A DNA stretch of 64,000 bases. Source: an uncultured Steroidobacteraceae bacterium. Its GTDB lineage: Bacteria > Pseudomonadota > Gammaproteobacteria > Steroidobacterales > Steroidobacteraceae. The notes under the pieces were generated by a model, which was not told the origin of the DNA, searched no databases, and saw only the letters and a program-made list of their open reading frames with translations. The translations under genes were made by a program, and so were the position numbers. The stretch spans positions 18,190 through 82,189 of the forward strand of contig CAYXUJ010000003.1 in the NCBI GenBank assembly GCA_964468395.1. The letters are read 5' to 3'. Of the stretch, positions 1 through 9,747 are shown piece after piece; the first letter of the stretch is position 1, and each line of letters begins with the position of its first letter.

Positions 1-452
1 CGGTATCGGGCGACATCAAGCTGACCGGCAACGGCGGCAGCGCGCGCGTGACGACCGAGAACGTCAGCGGCTCGACGGTCGTCAGCGGCATCCGCGGCGG
101 CTACGAGGGCGAGGCGGTCAGCGGCGACATCACCGCGACCGTCGCCGCGGCCGAGCGCCTGCGCGCCGCCAGCGTGTCGGGCGACGTGCGCATCCGGGCC
201 GGGCTGGCGCCCGCCGCGCGCGTGGACATGGAGTCGGTCAGCGGCGAGATCGCCCTGACGGTGCAGCCGCCGGTCAATGCCGAGTTCGACGTCGAGTCCT
301 TCAGCGGCGACATCGAGAGCTGCTTCGGCACCAAGGCGCGCAGCAAGAGCAAGTACAGCCCGGGCAGCGAGCTCAATTTCACCCAGGGCAGCGGCGGCGC
401 CCGGGTCGTGATCCAGACCCTGAGCGGCGACGTGCGCGTCTGCGACCGTTGA
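1..452 (+). CDS. DUF4097-like beta-repeat protein, C-terminal part (5' end outside window)
   Basis: Frame 3 is open from the window edge to the TGA at 450-452. An xSGDI/V motif recurs about every 20 aa (VSGDIKL, VSGDITA, VSGDVRI, VSGEIAL, FSGDIES, LSGDVRV), as in DUF4097 putative adhesin repeats. Confidence 0.6.
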   Translation, partial: VSGDIKLTGNGGSARVTTENVSGSTVVSGIRGGYEGEAVSGDITATVAAAERLRAASVSGDVRIRAGLAPAARVDMESVSGEIALTVQPPVNAEFDVESFSGDIESCFGTKARSKSKYSPGSELNFTQGSGGARVVIQTLSGDVRVCDR

Positions 453-483
453 TAGAATCCGGGAGTCCTGCTGGGCTCCCGGG

Positions 484-1770
484 TTGATGCGACTGAAAAG
501 ACCTGCCGTCTACGTTCCGGCCGCCATCGCGATCCTCGCGCTGGCGGCCCTTGCTTTCGCCTGGCTCGGCGCGCGCACGCCCGTCGCGCGCCGCATGGCT
601 GCGGACGCGATTGCCGATGCCGCAGGCCTGCCGGCCACAATCGGGTCGATGCGCCTCGCGTTCCTGCCGCGTCCCGCCATCGAGATCGGTGAACTCGCGA
701 TCGCGCAGCCGGCGGGCTTCGGCGCGGCGCCGCTGGTCGAGGTTGGCCGCGCGCGCATCGCCATTCCCTGGAGCAGCCTGCTCGGTCGTTCCGCCATCGA
801 GTCCGTTTCGGTATCGGAGCCGGTGCTGCGCCCGGCGCTGGCGGCGGACGGCAGCGACAACTGGTCCGGCCTGATCGCGCGGCTGGCGGAGCTCGGCGGT
901 GAGGGCGAGCCCGACTGGTCGGTCGGCCGGTTCGAGCTCGAGCAGGGTGCGCTCGAATACTCGGATGCGGCAACCGGGTCGAGCTGGCGGCTGACCGCCG
1001 TCACGATCGGCGCGAAACGCATTGCGCCGGCGGCGGAGTTCCCGCTCACGCTCAGCCTCGCGGCCGTCGCCGGCGAGAGCACGTTTCACTTTGCGCTCGA
1101 CGCGCAGGCGCGCACCGACCCTGCCGCCGGCCGCCACGAGGCGCGCGACGTGCGCTTCCGCGGCTGGGCCGGCGGCGAGCCGCTGCCGCTCGCCGGCGTC
1201 GAGTGGCTGGGCACGCTCGCGGACGCTTCCTACGAGGCGGCAACCGGCGTGGCGACCGCGCGCGGCGGCAGCTTCAATGTCGCCGGCATCCCGGGCGGGT
1301 TCTCGGGCTCGTTCGACCTCGACGAGCCGCAGCTGGCCGCGACGTTCGCGCTGAAGACCGACTCATTCGCGCCGCGCGCGCCGGCCATCGTGTTCGGCCA
1401 GCCGCTGCCGGTGACGACCGACCCAGCGGCCTTCGGCAGCCTGCAGGTGTCGGTTGAGGGCCGCGTGCGCGACGGCCGCCTCGAGCTCGACCCGATCTCG
1501 GGACGGCTCGACGTCACCGGCTTCGACGGCCGCGCCGTGCCCGGCGAGCGCCTGGTCCGGCTGGTCATCGATCGCATCGACGTGGACCGCTACCTGGCGC
1601 CGGAACAGAAATCGCGCAAGGACAAGAAGGCGACGCTCGAGGCGCTGGTCGCGGAGCTCGGCGAGTTCGACCTCGACGCCGAGATCCGCGTGCAAGAAGC
1701 ACGCGTCGCCGGCGCGCGCCTGCGCGACACCGTGATCCGCGTCGAGCGCGACGCGGCGGCAGCCCGATGA
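484..1770 (+). CDS. AsmA family protein
   Basis: 428 aa. N-terminal membrane anchor (AAIAILALAALAFAWL) is followed by an AsmA-like N-terminal region (IGSMRLAFLPRPAIEIGELAIAQPAGFG..VSVSEPVLRPALAADGSDNW) and an AsmA_2-like C-terminus (IDVDRYL..LDAEIRVQEARVAGARL). The stop overlaps the mutY start (ATGA at 1767-1770). An ATG at 487 is an alternative start. Confidence 0.7.
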   Translation: MMRLKRPAVYVPAAIAILALAALAFAWLGARTPVARRMAADAIADAAGLPATIGSMRLAFLPRPAIEIGELAIAQPAGFGAAPLVEVGRARIAIPWSSLLGRSAIESVSVSEPVLRPALAADGSDNWSGLIARLAELGGEGEPDWSVGRFELEQGALEYSDAATGSSWRLTAVTIGAKRIAPAAEFPLTLSLAAVAGESTFHFALDAQARTDPAAGRHEARDVRFRGWAGGEPLPLAGVEWLGTLADASYEAATGVATARGGSFNVAGIPGGFSGSFDLDEPQLAATFALKTDSFAPRAPAIVFGQPLPVTTDPAAFGSLQVSVEGRVRDGRLELDPISGRLDVTGFDGRAVPGERLVRLVIDRIDVDRYLAPEQKSRKDKKATLEALVAELGEFDLDAEIRVQEARVAGARLRDTVIRVERDAAAAR

Positions 1771-2909
1771 AGGCGCCGCGGCCGGAACGCCTCGCGAGGC
1801 TGCTGCTGCCGTGGTTCGAGCGCCACGGACGACACGACCTGCCGTGGCAGGGCAACCCGACGCCGTACCGGGTCTGGGTGTCGGAAGTGATGCTGCAACA
1901 GACGCAGGTCGCAACGGCCATTCCTTATTACGAGCGCTTCCTCGCGCGCTTCCCCGATGTGGCGGCGCTCGCCGCCGCATCCGAGGACGAGGTTCTCGCG
2001 CTATGGTCCGGGCTCGGCTACTACGCGCGGGCGCGCAACCTGCACCGGGCCGCGCGGCAGGTCGTCGCGGAACACGGCGGCCGCCTGCCCGACACGCCCG
2101 AGGCACTGACCGCGCTGCCGGGCATCGGTCGCTCGACCGCAGGCGCAATCCTCGCGCTGGCGCACGGCCGCCGGCACGCCATCCTCGACGGCAACGCCAG
2201 GCGCGTGCTGGCGCGCGTGTTCCTGGTGCGCGAGACGCCGGCCGCGGCAGCGGCCGAGCTTTGGCGCCTCGCCGAGGCCTGCACGCCCCGGACGCGGGTG
2301 GCCGAGTACACGCAGGCGATCATGGATCTCGGCGCGACCGTGTGCACGCGCGCGGCACCGGACTGCGGGCGCTGCCCGCTGCGCCGGATCTGCGGCGCGT
2401 TCGCCGCCGGCATCGTCGAAGAACTGCCCGCGCGCCAGGCGCGCGCGCCGCGGCGCGGTCGCCGCTCGCATTTCGTGTTCGTCGTGCGCGGCCGGGACGT
2501 GCTGCTGCAACGGCGCCCGGCACGCGGCGTCTGGGGCGGCCTGTGGGCGCCGCCCGAGTTTCCGGATGCAGCGGCGGCCCGCAGCTGGTGGCAGTCGTCG
2601 TTCGGCGGCGGCGAAGCCGAGCGCCTGCCGACGCTGCGCCACGCGTTCACGCATTTCGACCTCGACATCGAGCCCTGGGTGCTGCCGTTGCGGCGCAAGA
2701 TGGCAGCGCCCGCCGGCTCCGGACTGCGCTGGCACGATCTGGGCGCGCCGTTGTCCGTCGGACTGCCGGCACCCGTGGCAAGATTGGTCGCTGGCGGCCT
2801 GGCGCAGGGCCGCGATGCGCGGCGGGAGGAGGGCGATGCCAAGAATGGTCCAGTGCGTGCTGCTCGGCCGCGAGGCGGAAGGGCTCGAGCGCGCGCCTTA
2901 TCCGGGTGA
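1767..2909 (+). CDS. mutY: A/G-specific adenine DNA glycosylase
   Basis: 380 aa. MutY N-terminus ([36 protein letters not shown]), HhH-GPD region ([19 protein letters not shown]), 4Fe-4S loop [17 protein letters not shown], and a C-terminal NUDIX-like domain. Confidence 0.9.
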   Translation: MKAPRPERLARLLLPWFERHGRHDLPWQGNPTPYRVWVSEVMLQQTQVATAIPYYERFLARFPDVAALAAASEDEVLALWSGLGYYARARNLHRAARQVVAEHGGRLPDTPEALTALPGIGRSTAGAILALAHGRRHAILDGNARRVLARVFLVRETPAAAAAELWRLAEACTPRTRVAEYTQAIMDLGATVCTRAAPDCGRCPLRRICGAFAAGIVEELPARQARAPRRGRRSHFVFVVRGRDVLLQRRPARGVWGGLWAPPEFPDAAAARSWWQSSFGGGEAERLPTLRHAFTHFDLDIEPWVLPLRRKMAAPAGSGLRWHDLGAPLSVGLPAPVARLVAGGLAQGRDARREEGDAKNGPVRAARPRGGRARARALSG

Positions 2910-3114
2910 GCTCGGCCAGCGCATCTTCGACAACGTGTCGAAGGAGGCCTGGCAGAAGTGGCTGGGCCACCAGACCATGCTGATCAACGAGTACCGGCTG
3001 GTGGCGTTCGAGCCGAAGGCGCGCCAGTTCCTGGTCGGCGAGATGGAGAAGTTCTTTTTCGGCGCCGGCTCGAAAGCGCCCGAGGGCTACGTCGATCCCG
3101 GCGCCGGGAGCTGA
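2836..3114 (+). CDS. yggX: Fe(II)-trafficking / oxidative-damage protection protein YggX
   Basis: 92 aa starting at the ATG at 2836. Near full-length match to the YggX pattern ([51 protein letters not shown]). The mutY-yggX order is conserved. An ATG at 2845 is an alternative start. Confidence 0.9.
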   Translation: MPRMVQCVLLGREAEGLERAPYPGELGQRIFDNVSKEAWQKWLGHQTMLINEYRLVAFEPKARQFLVGEMEKFFFGAGSKAPEGYVDPGAGS

Positions 3115-4472
3115 GGCGAGAGCGCCTCTCTCAGTCCCTGGCGGGTGAGCGCCACGATCACCGGCGACAGCGCGATCAGCGCGATCAGGTTCGGGATCGC
3201 CATCAGCGCATTCAAAGTGTCGGCGAGCTGCCAGGCGGTGTCGAGCTGCGTCACCGCGCCGGCGAAAGCCGCGCCGCACCAGAGGATCCGGTACGGCAGG
3301 ATCGCGCGGGCGCCGATCAGGAACTGCCAGCAGCGCTCGCCGTAGTACGCCCAGCCGAACAGCGTGGTGATCGCGAACACCGTGATCGACACGGCGACCA
3401 CCATGCTGCCCCAGCCGGGCAGCGCCGAGTCGAACGCGAGCTGGGTCAGCGCCGCGCCGGTCTCGCCACTGGTCCAGGCACCCGACACCACGATCGCCAG
3501 GCCGGTCATCGTGCAGACGATCAGCGTGTCGATGCAGGTGCCCATCATGCCGATCAGCCCGCTGCGGACCGCGCTGTCGCTCTGGCCAGCCGCCTGCGCG
3601 ATACCGGCGCTGCCGAGGCCCGCCTCGTTGGAGAAGATGCCGCGCGCGACGCCGAAGCGGATCGCCGCCATCACCGCGGCGCCGGCGAAGCCGCCGGTGG
3701 CGGCCACCGGCGAGAAGGCACTATCGACGATCAGCAGGAAAGCGGCGGGCACCTGTGCGGCGTGTGCCAGCAGGACCGTCATCGCCGCGACGACGTAGGC
3801 GACGATCATGAACGGCACGAGCCGGCTCGCGACCGCCGCAATGCGCCGGATGCCGCCCAGCACGACCGTCGCGGTCAGCGCGAGCAGCACGAGGCCGACC
3901 AGCGTCGGGTCGGCGCCGAAAGTGTTCCCGAGCGCGCTTGCGATCGTGTTCGACTGGACCATGTTGCCGATGCCGAAACCCGCCAGCCCGCCGAAGACGG
4001 CGAAGGCCACGCCCAGCCAGGCCCAGCGCTTGCCGAGGCCGTTCTTGATCGCGTACATCGGGCCGCCGACCGAGCGGCCCTCGGCGTCGCGCTCGCGGTA
4101 GTGCACGGCCAGCACGACCTCGCCGTACTTGGTCGCCATGCCGACCAGCGCGGTGATCCACATCCAGAACAACGCGCCCGGCCCGCCGAGCGCGATCGCG
4201 GTCGCAACGCCGGCGATGTTGCCGACGCCGACGGTCGCGGACAGGCAGGTCATCAGGGCCGCGAATGGCGAGACTTCGCCCGCCGCCCCGGCGTCGCCGG
4301 CGCGGCCGCGCCACATCAGCCGGAAGCCGGCGCCGATGCGGCGCACCGGCATCAGCCCGAGGCGCAGCTGCAGGAACAGCCCGGTGCCCAGGATCAGGGC
4401 CAGCATCGCCGGCCCCCAGACGAAGCCGTTGACGGCGCCCAGCCAGGCCTGGAGATCGGTCATCATGCGCAC
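3087..4472 (-). CDS. alanine/glycine:cation symporter (AGCS family)
   Basis: 461 aa polytopic membrane protein. AGCS-type motifs are present ([25 protein letters not shown]; [23 protein letters not shown]; [10 protein letters not shown]). Confidence 0.88.
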   Translation of the reverse strand: MRMMTDLQAWLGAVNGFVWGPAMLALILGTGLFLQLRLGLMPVRRIGAGFRLMWRGRAGDAGAAGEVSPFAALMTCLSATVGVGNIAGVATAIALGGPGALFWMWITALVGMATKYGEVVLAVHYRERDAEGRSVGGPMYAIKNGLGKRWAWLGVAFAVFGGLAGFGIGNMVQSNTIASALGNTFGADPTLVGLVLLALTATVVLGGIRRIAAVASRLVPFMIVAYVVAAMTVLLAHAAQVPAAFLLIVDSAFSPVAATGGFAGAAVMAAIRFGVARGIFSNEAGLGSAGIAQAAGQSDSAVRSGLIGMMGTCIDTLIVCTMTGLAIVVSGAWTSGETGAALTQLAFDSALPGWGSMVVAVSITVFAITTLFGWAYYGERCWQFLIGARAILPYRILWCGAAFAGAVTQLDTAWQLADTLNALMAIPNLIALIALSPVIVALTRQGLREALSPQLPAPGST

Positions 4473-4489
4473 CGACTATGCCTGAATTC

Positions 4490-4519
4490 TTGACGGCTGC
4501 GCGCCCCAAACTGTCTAAT
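4490..4519 (+). promoter_or_regulatory. candidate sigma70 promoter for tRNA-Phe
   Basis: TTGACG (4490-4495), an 18-nt spacer, then TCTAAT (4514-4519). The site ends 17 nt upstream of the mature tRNA 5' end. Confidence 0.4.
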
Positions 4520-4536
4520 ACGCAGCCCCGAAATAC

Positions 4537-4612
<76 letters not shown>

Positions 4613-4647
4613 TCTTGCGAGCGGTATATTTGGCGGGGACTTTACGT

Positions 4648-5346
4648 CTAGTAGCCGAAGAACTCCTCACTGCGCACGTCGTCGTCACTGACCGCCGCAT
4701 TGGCTAAAAGCTGCCGCAGGGCGGCGACCATCAATGGGGAGCCAGTAACGTAGTAGATGGCGGCGGCGGCCTCCTTCTTGATCTTGCCAATCAGGTGACC
4801 ATCGATGCGACCCGCGCCGTTGCTGCGCGTCATCATCGGCACCAGGCGGAAATGCCTGTAGTTGCGCTCAAGCTCCTGCAACTCGGCCAGAAACGCGGCA
4901 TCCTCCGGACGATGGTTCGAGTAAATCAGGATGAATCGCTGTGGAAGCCGGTCACGCGCCGCCTGCCGCAGGATGCTCATGAACGGCGTGATGCCGATGC
5001 CGCCCGCAATGAACACCGCCGGCCGAGAGCGACTGGAATGCAGGGTCAGGGATCCGAACGGTCCATCCAGTCCTGCGGTCGAGCCGACCGGCATAGCCGC
5101 CAGGGCGTTCTTGAACGCACTGCTGCGAATGCGCGTCGCGATGGTGATCACGTCTTCGGACGGCGCACTGACTAGTGAGAATGCATGGCGTGCACTGGCC
5201 GGATCGGCGGATGGCCGTCCGCCCAGAACCAAGTCGATGGCCTGGCCGGGTTTGAAACTGAACCTCGCGGGCTTCTGAAAATGAAACGCCATGGTTCGAT
5301 CGGCAATCTCATCTCGACCCTTCAGCAGTACGTTGTGCGCAGTCAT
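4648..5346 (-). CDS. ferredoxin-NADP reductase-type FAD/NAD(P)-binding oxidoreductase
   Basis: 232 aa. FAD-binding beta-barrel motif (RHAFSLVS) and NAD(P)-binding motif (VFIAGGIGITPFMS). The start overlaps the folE2 stop by 4 nt (5343-5346). Confidence 0.75.
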   Translation of the reverse strand: MTAHNVLLKGRDEIADRTMAFHFQKPARFSFKPGQAIDLVLGGRPSADPASARHAFSLVSAPSEDVITIATRIRSSAFKNALAAMPVGSTAGLDGPFGSLTLHSSRSRPAVFIAGGIGITPFMSILRQAARDRLPQRFILIYSNHRPEDAAFLAELQELERNYRHFRLVPMMTRSNGAGRIDGHLIGKIKKEAAAAIYYVTGSPLMVAALRQLLANAAVSDDDVRSEEFFGY

Positions 5347-6152
5347 GCATCTGCCTTCGGTGGCCGAGCCAGGCGAGCAAAGGCGGAGTGGTTGTGGATC
5401 GACTCAAAGTTCTCGGCTTCGACCACAAAGGCGCGCACCAGTGGTTCCCGATTCAATTCGAGTGCGACGTCCCTTACGAGATCCTCCGCGAACTTCGGAT
5501 TCTCATAGGCTCGCTCGGTCACGTACTTTTCGTCCGCGCGTTTAAGCAAGCCATACACCTCACAGGACGCGCTGCGTTCGGCGGCCGCAATCAGGCTCTC
5601 GATTTCCATCTCGCCTGTGAGCTCCGCCTCGATACGAATGATCGAGCGTTGATTGTGAGCACCATAGGATGAAATCTCCTTGGAGCAGGGACACAAGCTG
5701 GTCGCTGGCACCGACACTCGTATCCAGAACGAGTACTGTGAATCCGCGAAAACTCGGCCGCGCCAGCAGACCTCGTAATCCAGCTGGCTCTGGATTCCTG
5801 ACACCGGGGCGGCTTTCGTCACGAAATACGGGAACCGCATCTCGATTTCGCCACTCGGCGCGTCGAGCCTGGCCAGCATTTCAAGCAGCAGCGCCTTGAA
5901 GCTTCGCTGATCCAGCGGCCGCGCTTGCGACTCCAACAACTCAACGAAACGCGACATGTGGGTGCCTTTCGTCGCCGCAGCCAGGCCTACGCTCATCGTG
6001 AACGTCGCGATGGTCGGGACAATGCGCCGACCCGCCAGGATCCGGATCGGGCAGCGAATGTCCCTGATGCCGACGGCCTCGATGCCCAGGTCACGACTGT
6101 CCGGTCGTGACTGGACATCGGGCAGGAATGCGATTGCGGCTGCCGGGCTCAT
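5343..6152 (-). CDS. folE2: GTP cyclohydrolase I type 2 (GCYH-IB)
   Basis: 269 aa. Carries the FolE2 signatures TSLCPCSKEISSYGAHNQRS, GTHMSRF and ENFESIHNHSA. Confidence 0.85.
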   Translation of the reverse strand: MSPAAAIAFLPDVQSRPDSRDLGIEAVGIRDIRCPIRILAGRRIVPTIATFTMSVGLAAATKGTHMSRFVELLESQARPLDQRSFKALLLEMLARLDAPSGEIEMRFPYFVTKAAPVSGIQSQLDYEVCWRGRVFADSQYSFWIRVSVPATSLCPCSKEISSYGAHNQRSIIRIEAELTGEMEIESLIAAAERSASCEVYGLLKRADEKYVTERAYENPKFAEDLVRDVALELNREPLVRAFVVEAENFESIHNHSAFARLARPPKADA

Positions 6153-6164
6153 GACCGTGGCAAC

Positions 6165-6812
6165 TCAGCGAAACTTTTCCGGGAACTGCTTCGCGATGCC
6201 GGCAGCCAGTGCATCGGCAATCACGTACATGTGATCCTTCATCGCGGCCCAGGTCTTTGCTTCCTGGTCGAACTGGCCGGCCTTGAACTGCTGGATCTGC
6301 TGCACGTGGTGGGAGCCGTGTGCATTCAGAAGGCCACGCAACGTGTCGACGGGCAAATACGGATTCGCTCCACCGAGAAATACCGCGATCTCATCGGCAT
6401 TGGCGAGAAGCCGCTTGAACGCGGCATCCTGGCTGGCCTTGCTGTCAGCGTGTGTGGCGTCGAGGTAGGTGCTGATGGCGCCCCAATGGCCAGCCAACAG
6501 CCCAAAGAGCTTGTCCGAAGCGGCCTTGCCGTAGAAAGGCTCGATCGACGCGGCAATCGCTTTCGCATTGGCGACCACCTGCTGCTCTGCGACCTTCGCT
6601 TCGTTCGTGTCGCCCTCGAGTCGCGCATCGACGACGTTGCGCACCCAGAAGACGTGCTCGAGCCACAGGTCACGCAGAGCAGCCCTGGTGTCGGCGAGCG
6701 TCTCGGTCGCGGCGGGCTCCGCCGAATGTGTCGTGTCTGCTGCGGCAAGGCCAGGAAGCGCCAGCGCCAGCGCTAGCACGGCGGAGAGCAATGGTCCGAT
6801 TGGGTGTCTCAT
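6165..6812 (-). CDS. secreted helical protein of unknown function
   Basis: 215 aa. Signal peptide (LSAVLALALALPGLAAAD) followed by helix-rich sequence with no family I recognise. Lies 12 nt upstream of folE2 on the same strand. Confidence 0.6.
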   Translation of the reverse strand: MRHPIGPLLSAVLALALALPGLAAADTTHSAEPAATETLADTRAALRDLWLEHVFWVRNVVDARLEGDTNEAKVAEQQVVANAKAIAASIEPFYGKAASDKLFGLLAGHWGAISTYLDATHADSKASQDAAFKRLLANADEIAVFLGGANPYLPVDTLRGLLNAHGSHHVQQIQQFKAGQFDQEAKTWAAMKDHMYVIADALAAGIAKQFPEKFR

Positions 6813-6926
6813 CGAAAATCTCCGTTAGATGGAATGCGCAGTGACCATACGTCGACAAAGACAATAAAGAAATATTAATATGCCAAAAGTAGTTGACAGT
6901 CTGGGCGCGGGACAAGGAGAGCTGGC

Positions 6927-7562
6927 ATGAACGAAGTGTTTGGCGAACGACGCAGGAAGCTCTTGCGGCACCTGTTGCGCAACAAGTCAGGCGCGAGCAT
7001 CGATGAACTCGCCGCTGCGATCGGCGTGACTCGCACGGCCGTACGCCAGCATCTGGCAGCGCTGTCGCACGAGGGCCTCGTCACGATCGGCACGGAACGG
7101 CCCTCGGGTGGACGGCCGCAGCGGCTGTACGTGCTGACGCAGGAGGGCAGGGAAGCATTTCCGCGGCGCTATTCCTGGTTTGCACAACTCCTGATTGAAG
7201 CCATCGCCAAGGAGCACGGTGTCGCAGGGTTGCGAGCCCGCCTGGGACGCATCGCATCCGCCGTGGTCGGCCAGCTCGGCCCGAATGTGCCGGGGAATAG
7301 AAGCCGCCGGCATAAGGTCAGCATGGTGTCTTCGCTGATGGATGACCTTGGTTATGACGCCCGCACCGGCAGGGACATTGCCGGGGCGCCGACCATCGAG
7401 GCAGACAACTGCGTTTTCCACGAACTGGCGATGAAAAACCCGGAAGTTTGTCAGTTCGATCTCTCGCTGCTGTCCGGGCTCACTGGCAGCCAGGTCGAGC
7501 TGGACGAATGCATGGCTCGCGGCGGACATGTCTGCCGCTTTCGCTTTACGCCGCCTCGATGA
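6927..7562 (+). CDS. ArsR/COG2345-type winged-helix transcriptional regulator
   Basis: 211 aa. wHTH region (SIDELAAAIGVTRTAVRQHLAALSHEGLVT..GRPQRLYVLTQEG) and a C-terminal Cys-containing domain (NCVFHE..C..ECMARGGHVCRF). GGAG SD-like site upstream. Divergent from the folE2 operon. Confidence 0.7.
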   Translation: MNEVFGERRRKLLRHLLRNKSGASIDELAAAIGVTRTAVRQHLAALSHEGLVTIGTERPSGGRPQRLYVLTQEGREAFPRRYSWFAQLLIEAIAKEHGVAGLRARLGRIASAVVGQLGPNVPGNRSRRHKVSMVSSLMDDLGYDARTGRDIAGAPTIEADNCVFHELAMKNPEVCQFDLSLLSGLTGSQVELDECMARGGHVCRFRFTPPR

Positions 7563-7905
7563 ATTGCTTGAGAACGAGAGCATGGTTGTGCAGCGGATCC
7601 TTCGCGGCATACAGCAATGTCACGCGCTCATCGAGCGAGCGGTCCCGTAGCGCGCCGATTGGCACGCGCATCTGCGCGAGCTCCGTCCGATAGCGCTGAC
7701 GGAACTCGTTCCAGCGGTGCGGATCATGCCCAAACCATTTGCGCAGTTCCGCGCTTGGCGCAAGATGAGGCTGCCAGTCGTCCAGTATCGCCCGCCGCTT
7801 GCTGATGCCTCGTGGCCAAAGGCGATCGACCAGGACCCTGAATCCATCCGATTTCGCAGGCTTGTCGTAGATTCGCTTGATACACAGATCGCGTGCCGTG
7901 ATCAT
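7546..7905 (-). CDS. DUF488 (YeaO-like) protein
   Basis: About 119 aa from the ATG at 7905. DUF488 pattern is present (IKRIYD.P...DGFRVLVDRLWPRGISK....LD.W...LAPS.ELRKWFGHDP.RW.EF..RY..EL). The longer ORF reaching 7959 is less likely. Confidence 0.7.
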   Translation of the reverse strand: MITARDLCIKRIYDKPAKSDGFRVLVDRLWPRGISKRRAILDDWQPHLAPSAELRKWFGHDPHRWNEFRQRYRTELAQMRVPIGALRDRSLDERVTLLYAAKDPLHNHALVLKQFIEAA

Positions 7906-7963
7906 CGCGAAATGCGAATCCAGCTCGTGCGCGTAGCAGGGTGGGGAGCTGTACGGCACGACA

Positions 7964-8083
7964 TCAACCCAGGGCCACGACTGCAGTCGCAGCGACGAAG
8001 AAGACTGCCATTGCGACCGCGATCACCCACAGTGGATTCATGCCGGTTGCGACTTTTGCTTTCTCGACGCGTCTGCGATTCAT
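7964..8083 (-). CDS. small single-pass membrane protein (hypothetical)
   Basis: 39 aa (MNRRRVEKAKVATGMNPLWVIAVAMAVFFVAATAVVALG), preceded by an AAGGAG SD-like site. No homology is recognisable. Confidence 0.35.
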   Translation of the reverse strand: MNRRRVEKAKVATGMNPLWVIAVAMAVFFVAATAVVALG

Positions 8084-8160
8084 TTGAGTCTCCTTGCAAT
8101 GTCTCCGAGACCCAATGTGGAATCGAGGCACGTATTGCGCAAGCGATGAATTCTCGTGCG

Positions 8161-8607
8161 TCATATCGACGAACGCGATATTTCAGGTGCGGTTGGCATC
8201 ACGGGATGCGCAAACTCCGCATGGCGGTGGATCCGCTCGACATGCAAATTGCGAACACCACCGGGCAACTGCCATTCGATACGGTCGCCTTCACGGTAAC
8301 CCAGCAAGGCCGTGCCTAACGGCGCAAGCACGGAAATCAAGTTCAGGTGAACATCCGCTTCCCAGGGATAGACGAGCGTGTACTCGTCACGCTTGCCCAA
8401 CTGGGAGTCAAATACGCGCACACGCGTGCGCATCCTGATCACGTCCGGCGCAATATCGTCTTCGTCGACGACGACGGCCCGATCGAGTTCGTTGGAGAGA
8501 ATTTCGCGCTGCTGTCGATCGAGGTCAGAAGCATCGCTCGCAGAGCCAATGACGTGGCGCAACCTCCTCATGTCCTGGGTGGTGACGTAAATCGATCGAT
8601 TAGCCAT
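8161..8607 (-). CDS. rnk: Rnk-type regulator (GreA/GreB C-terminal domain family)
   Basis: 148 aa from the ATG at 8607, with an AGGAG SD-like site. The C-terminal Gre-type FKBP-like domain is present (ISVLAPLGTALLGYREGDRIEWQLPGG). The coiled-coil N-terminus is shorter than in GreA. Confidence 0.7.
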   Translation of the reverse strand: MANRSIYVTTQDMRRLRHVIGSASDASDLDRQQREILSNELDRAVVVDEDDIAPDVIRMRTRVRVFDSQLGKRDEYTLVYPWEADVHLNLISVLAPLGTALLGYREGDRIEWQLPGGVRNLHVERIHRHAEFAHPVMPTAPEISRSSI

Positions 8608-8787
8608 ATGAGTTCTCCTGGCGGACTCCGCCGTACGGAGCGCGCCTGTCTCGCGAAAATGCATTTGAATGGCGCTGGCACATCGGCTTGCCAGCGCAAA
8701 GATGTTTTAGCCCGCCGACGTGATTAGATCAATTCGAAAAAATCAGACAGCTTATTAGAGTGAAACGAAGTGTTTCAGGTGTTCGAA

Positions 8788-9684
8788 TCAAGCGAAAAGC
8801 TTTCGTCTGGCCGCGTCGCAGATGGCGATTACCGCGGGATTCTTGATTCTGCGTTCCACGGATATCGCATAGAAATGGTTTCGGGCCTTGCCCGCGCGGC
8901 CGACGCGAACCACGCTGAATAGGCGACCGAACTGACTTTCAAGGACCATGGGTACAGGAAAGAGTCCCGCACCCTCCCGCCCGAACTCCCGCAACAGCGC
9001 ATAGTCCTCGAACTCGCCGACGACGGTGGGTCGTATCCCTATCTGTTCGAACCACTGATCCAGCGATCGCCTGATCGCCGTATCGTCGGTCGGCAGCAGG
9101 ACCGGCGCATGGTCCAGCGACTTGGGAAACGTCGCGCGGTGCGACTTTGCGAGGGCCGCTGTCGCCATCCAAACCAGGCCGCACTCTCCCAGGGAATGGT
9201 TGAAGGCGCGAACATTGAGGCTTGGCGCCGCCGGCGCATCGGACAGCACCACGTCGACGTCGTGCGAGGCGAGATCCGCGACCAGTCTGCTCAGGCCCGC
9301 CTCGCGACAGACGATTCGGACCGGCAGTTTCAACTGCAGCGCGGGCTCGATCAGGAGATGCGCTATTTCCTTCGGCAGGATGTCGTCGATTCCGATCACC
9401 AGCCGCAATGGCCGTCCGGTCGGTCGGCCCTGCAGCGTATCGAGCATCTCGCGACCGAGGCCGAAAATCTCGTCGGCGTACCTAAATACCATGCGTCCGG
9501 TATCGGTTGGAGTCAGCATGCGTCCCGATTTCATGAGCAGTTGTTCACCAAGACGCTGTTCGAGCAGTTTCAACTGCGTGCTGACTGTCGGCGCCGAGAG
9601 TTTCAGCTCTTCGCAGGCCCGAGTGAGGCTGCCCGCTCGAACCACCGTCCAGAAGTACAACAGGTGCTGGTAGTTGAGCCGCAT
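8788..9684 (-). CDS. LysR family transcriptional regulator (NhaR-like)
   Basis: 298 aa from the ATG at 9684. HTH region is MRLNYQHLLYFWTVVRAGSLTRACEELKLSAPTVSTQLKLLEQRLG, followed by a LysR substrate-binding domain. Confidence 0.85.
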   Translation of the reverse strand: MRLNYQHLLYFWTVVRAGSLTRACEELKLSAPTVSTQLKLLEQRLGEQLLMKSGRMLTPTDTGRMVFRYADEIFGLGREMLDTLQGRPTGRPLRLVIGIDDILPKEIAHLLIEPALQLKLPVRIVCREAGLSRLVADLASHDVDVVLSDAPAAPSLNVRAFNHSLGECGLVWMATAALAKSHRATFPKSLDHAPVLLPTDDTAIRRSLDQWFEQIGIRPTVVGEFEDYALLREFGREGAGLFPVPMVLESQFGRLFSVVRVGRAGKARNHFYAISVERRIKNPAVIAICDAARRKLFA

Positions 9685-9747
9685 GTACGTTCCGGCTGGA
9701 TCACGCCTCATCATCCCGAACGTCCGGCAACCTGCGCCACGCGCAGA

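Noticed and set aside
2566-2835. An upstream extension of the yggX reading frame (182-aa ORF)
   Set aside because: The extension lies inside mutY in another frame and has no YggX homology. The YggX pattern begins at the ATG at 2836.
8672-8697. A hairpin GCGCTGGCA-N8-TGCCAGCGC between the LysR gene end and the rnk start, as a terminator
   Set aside because: The stem is convincing, but no U-run follows it on the relevant (minus) strand. It could be a rho-dependent or structural element, and the evidence is too weak to annotate.
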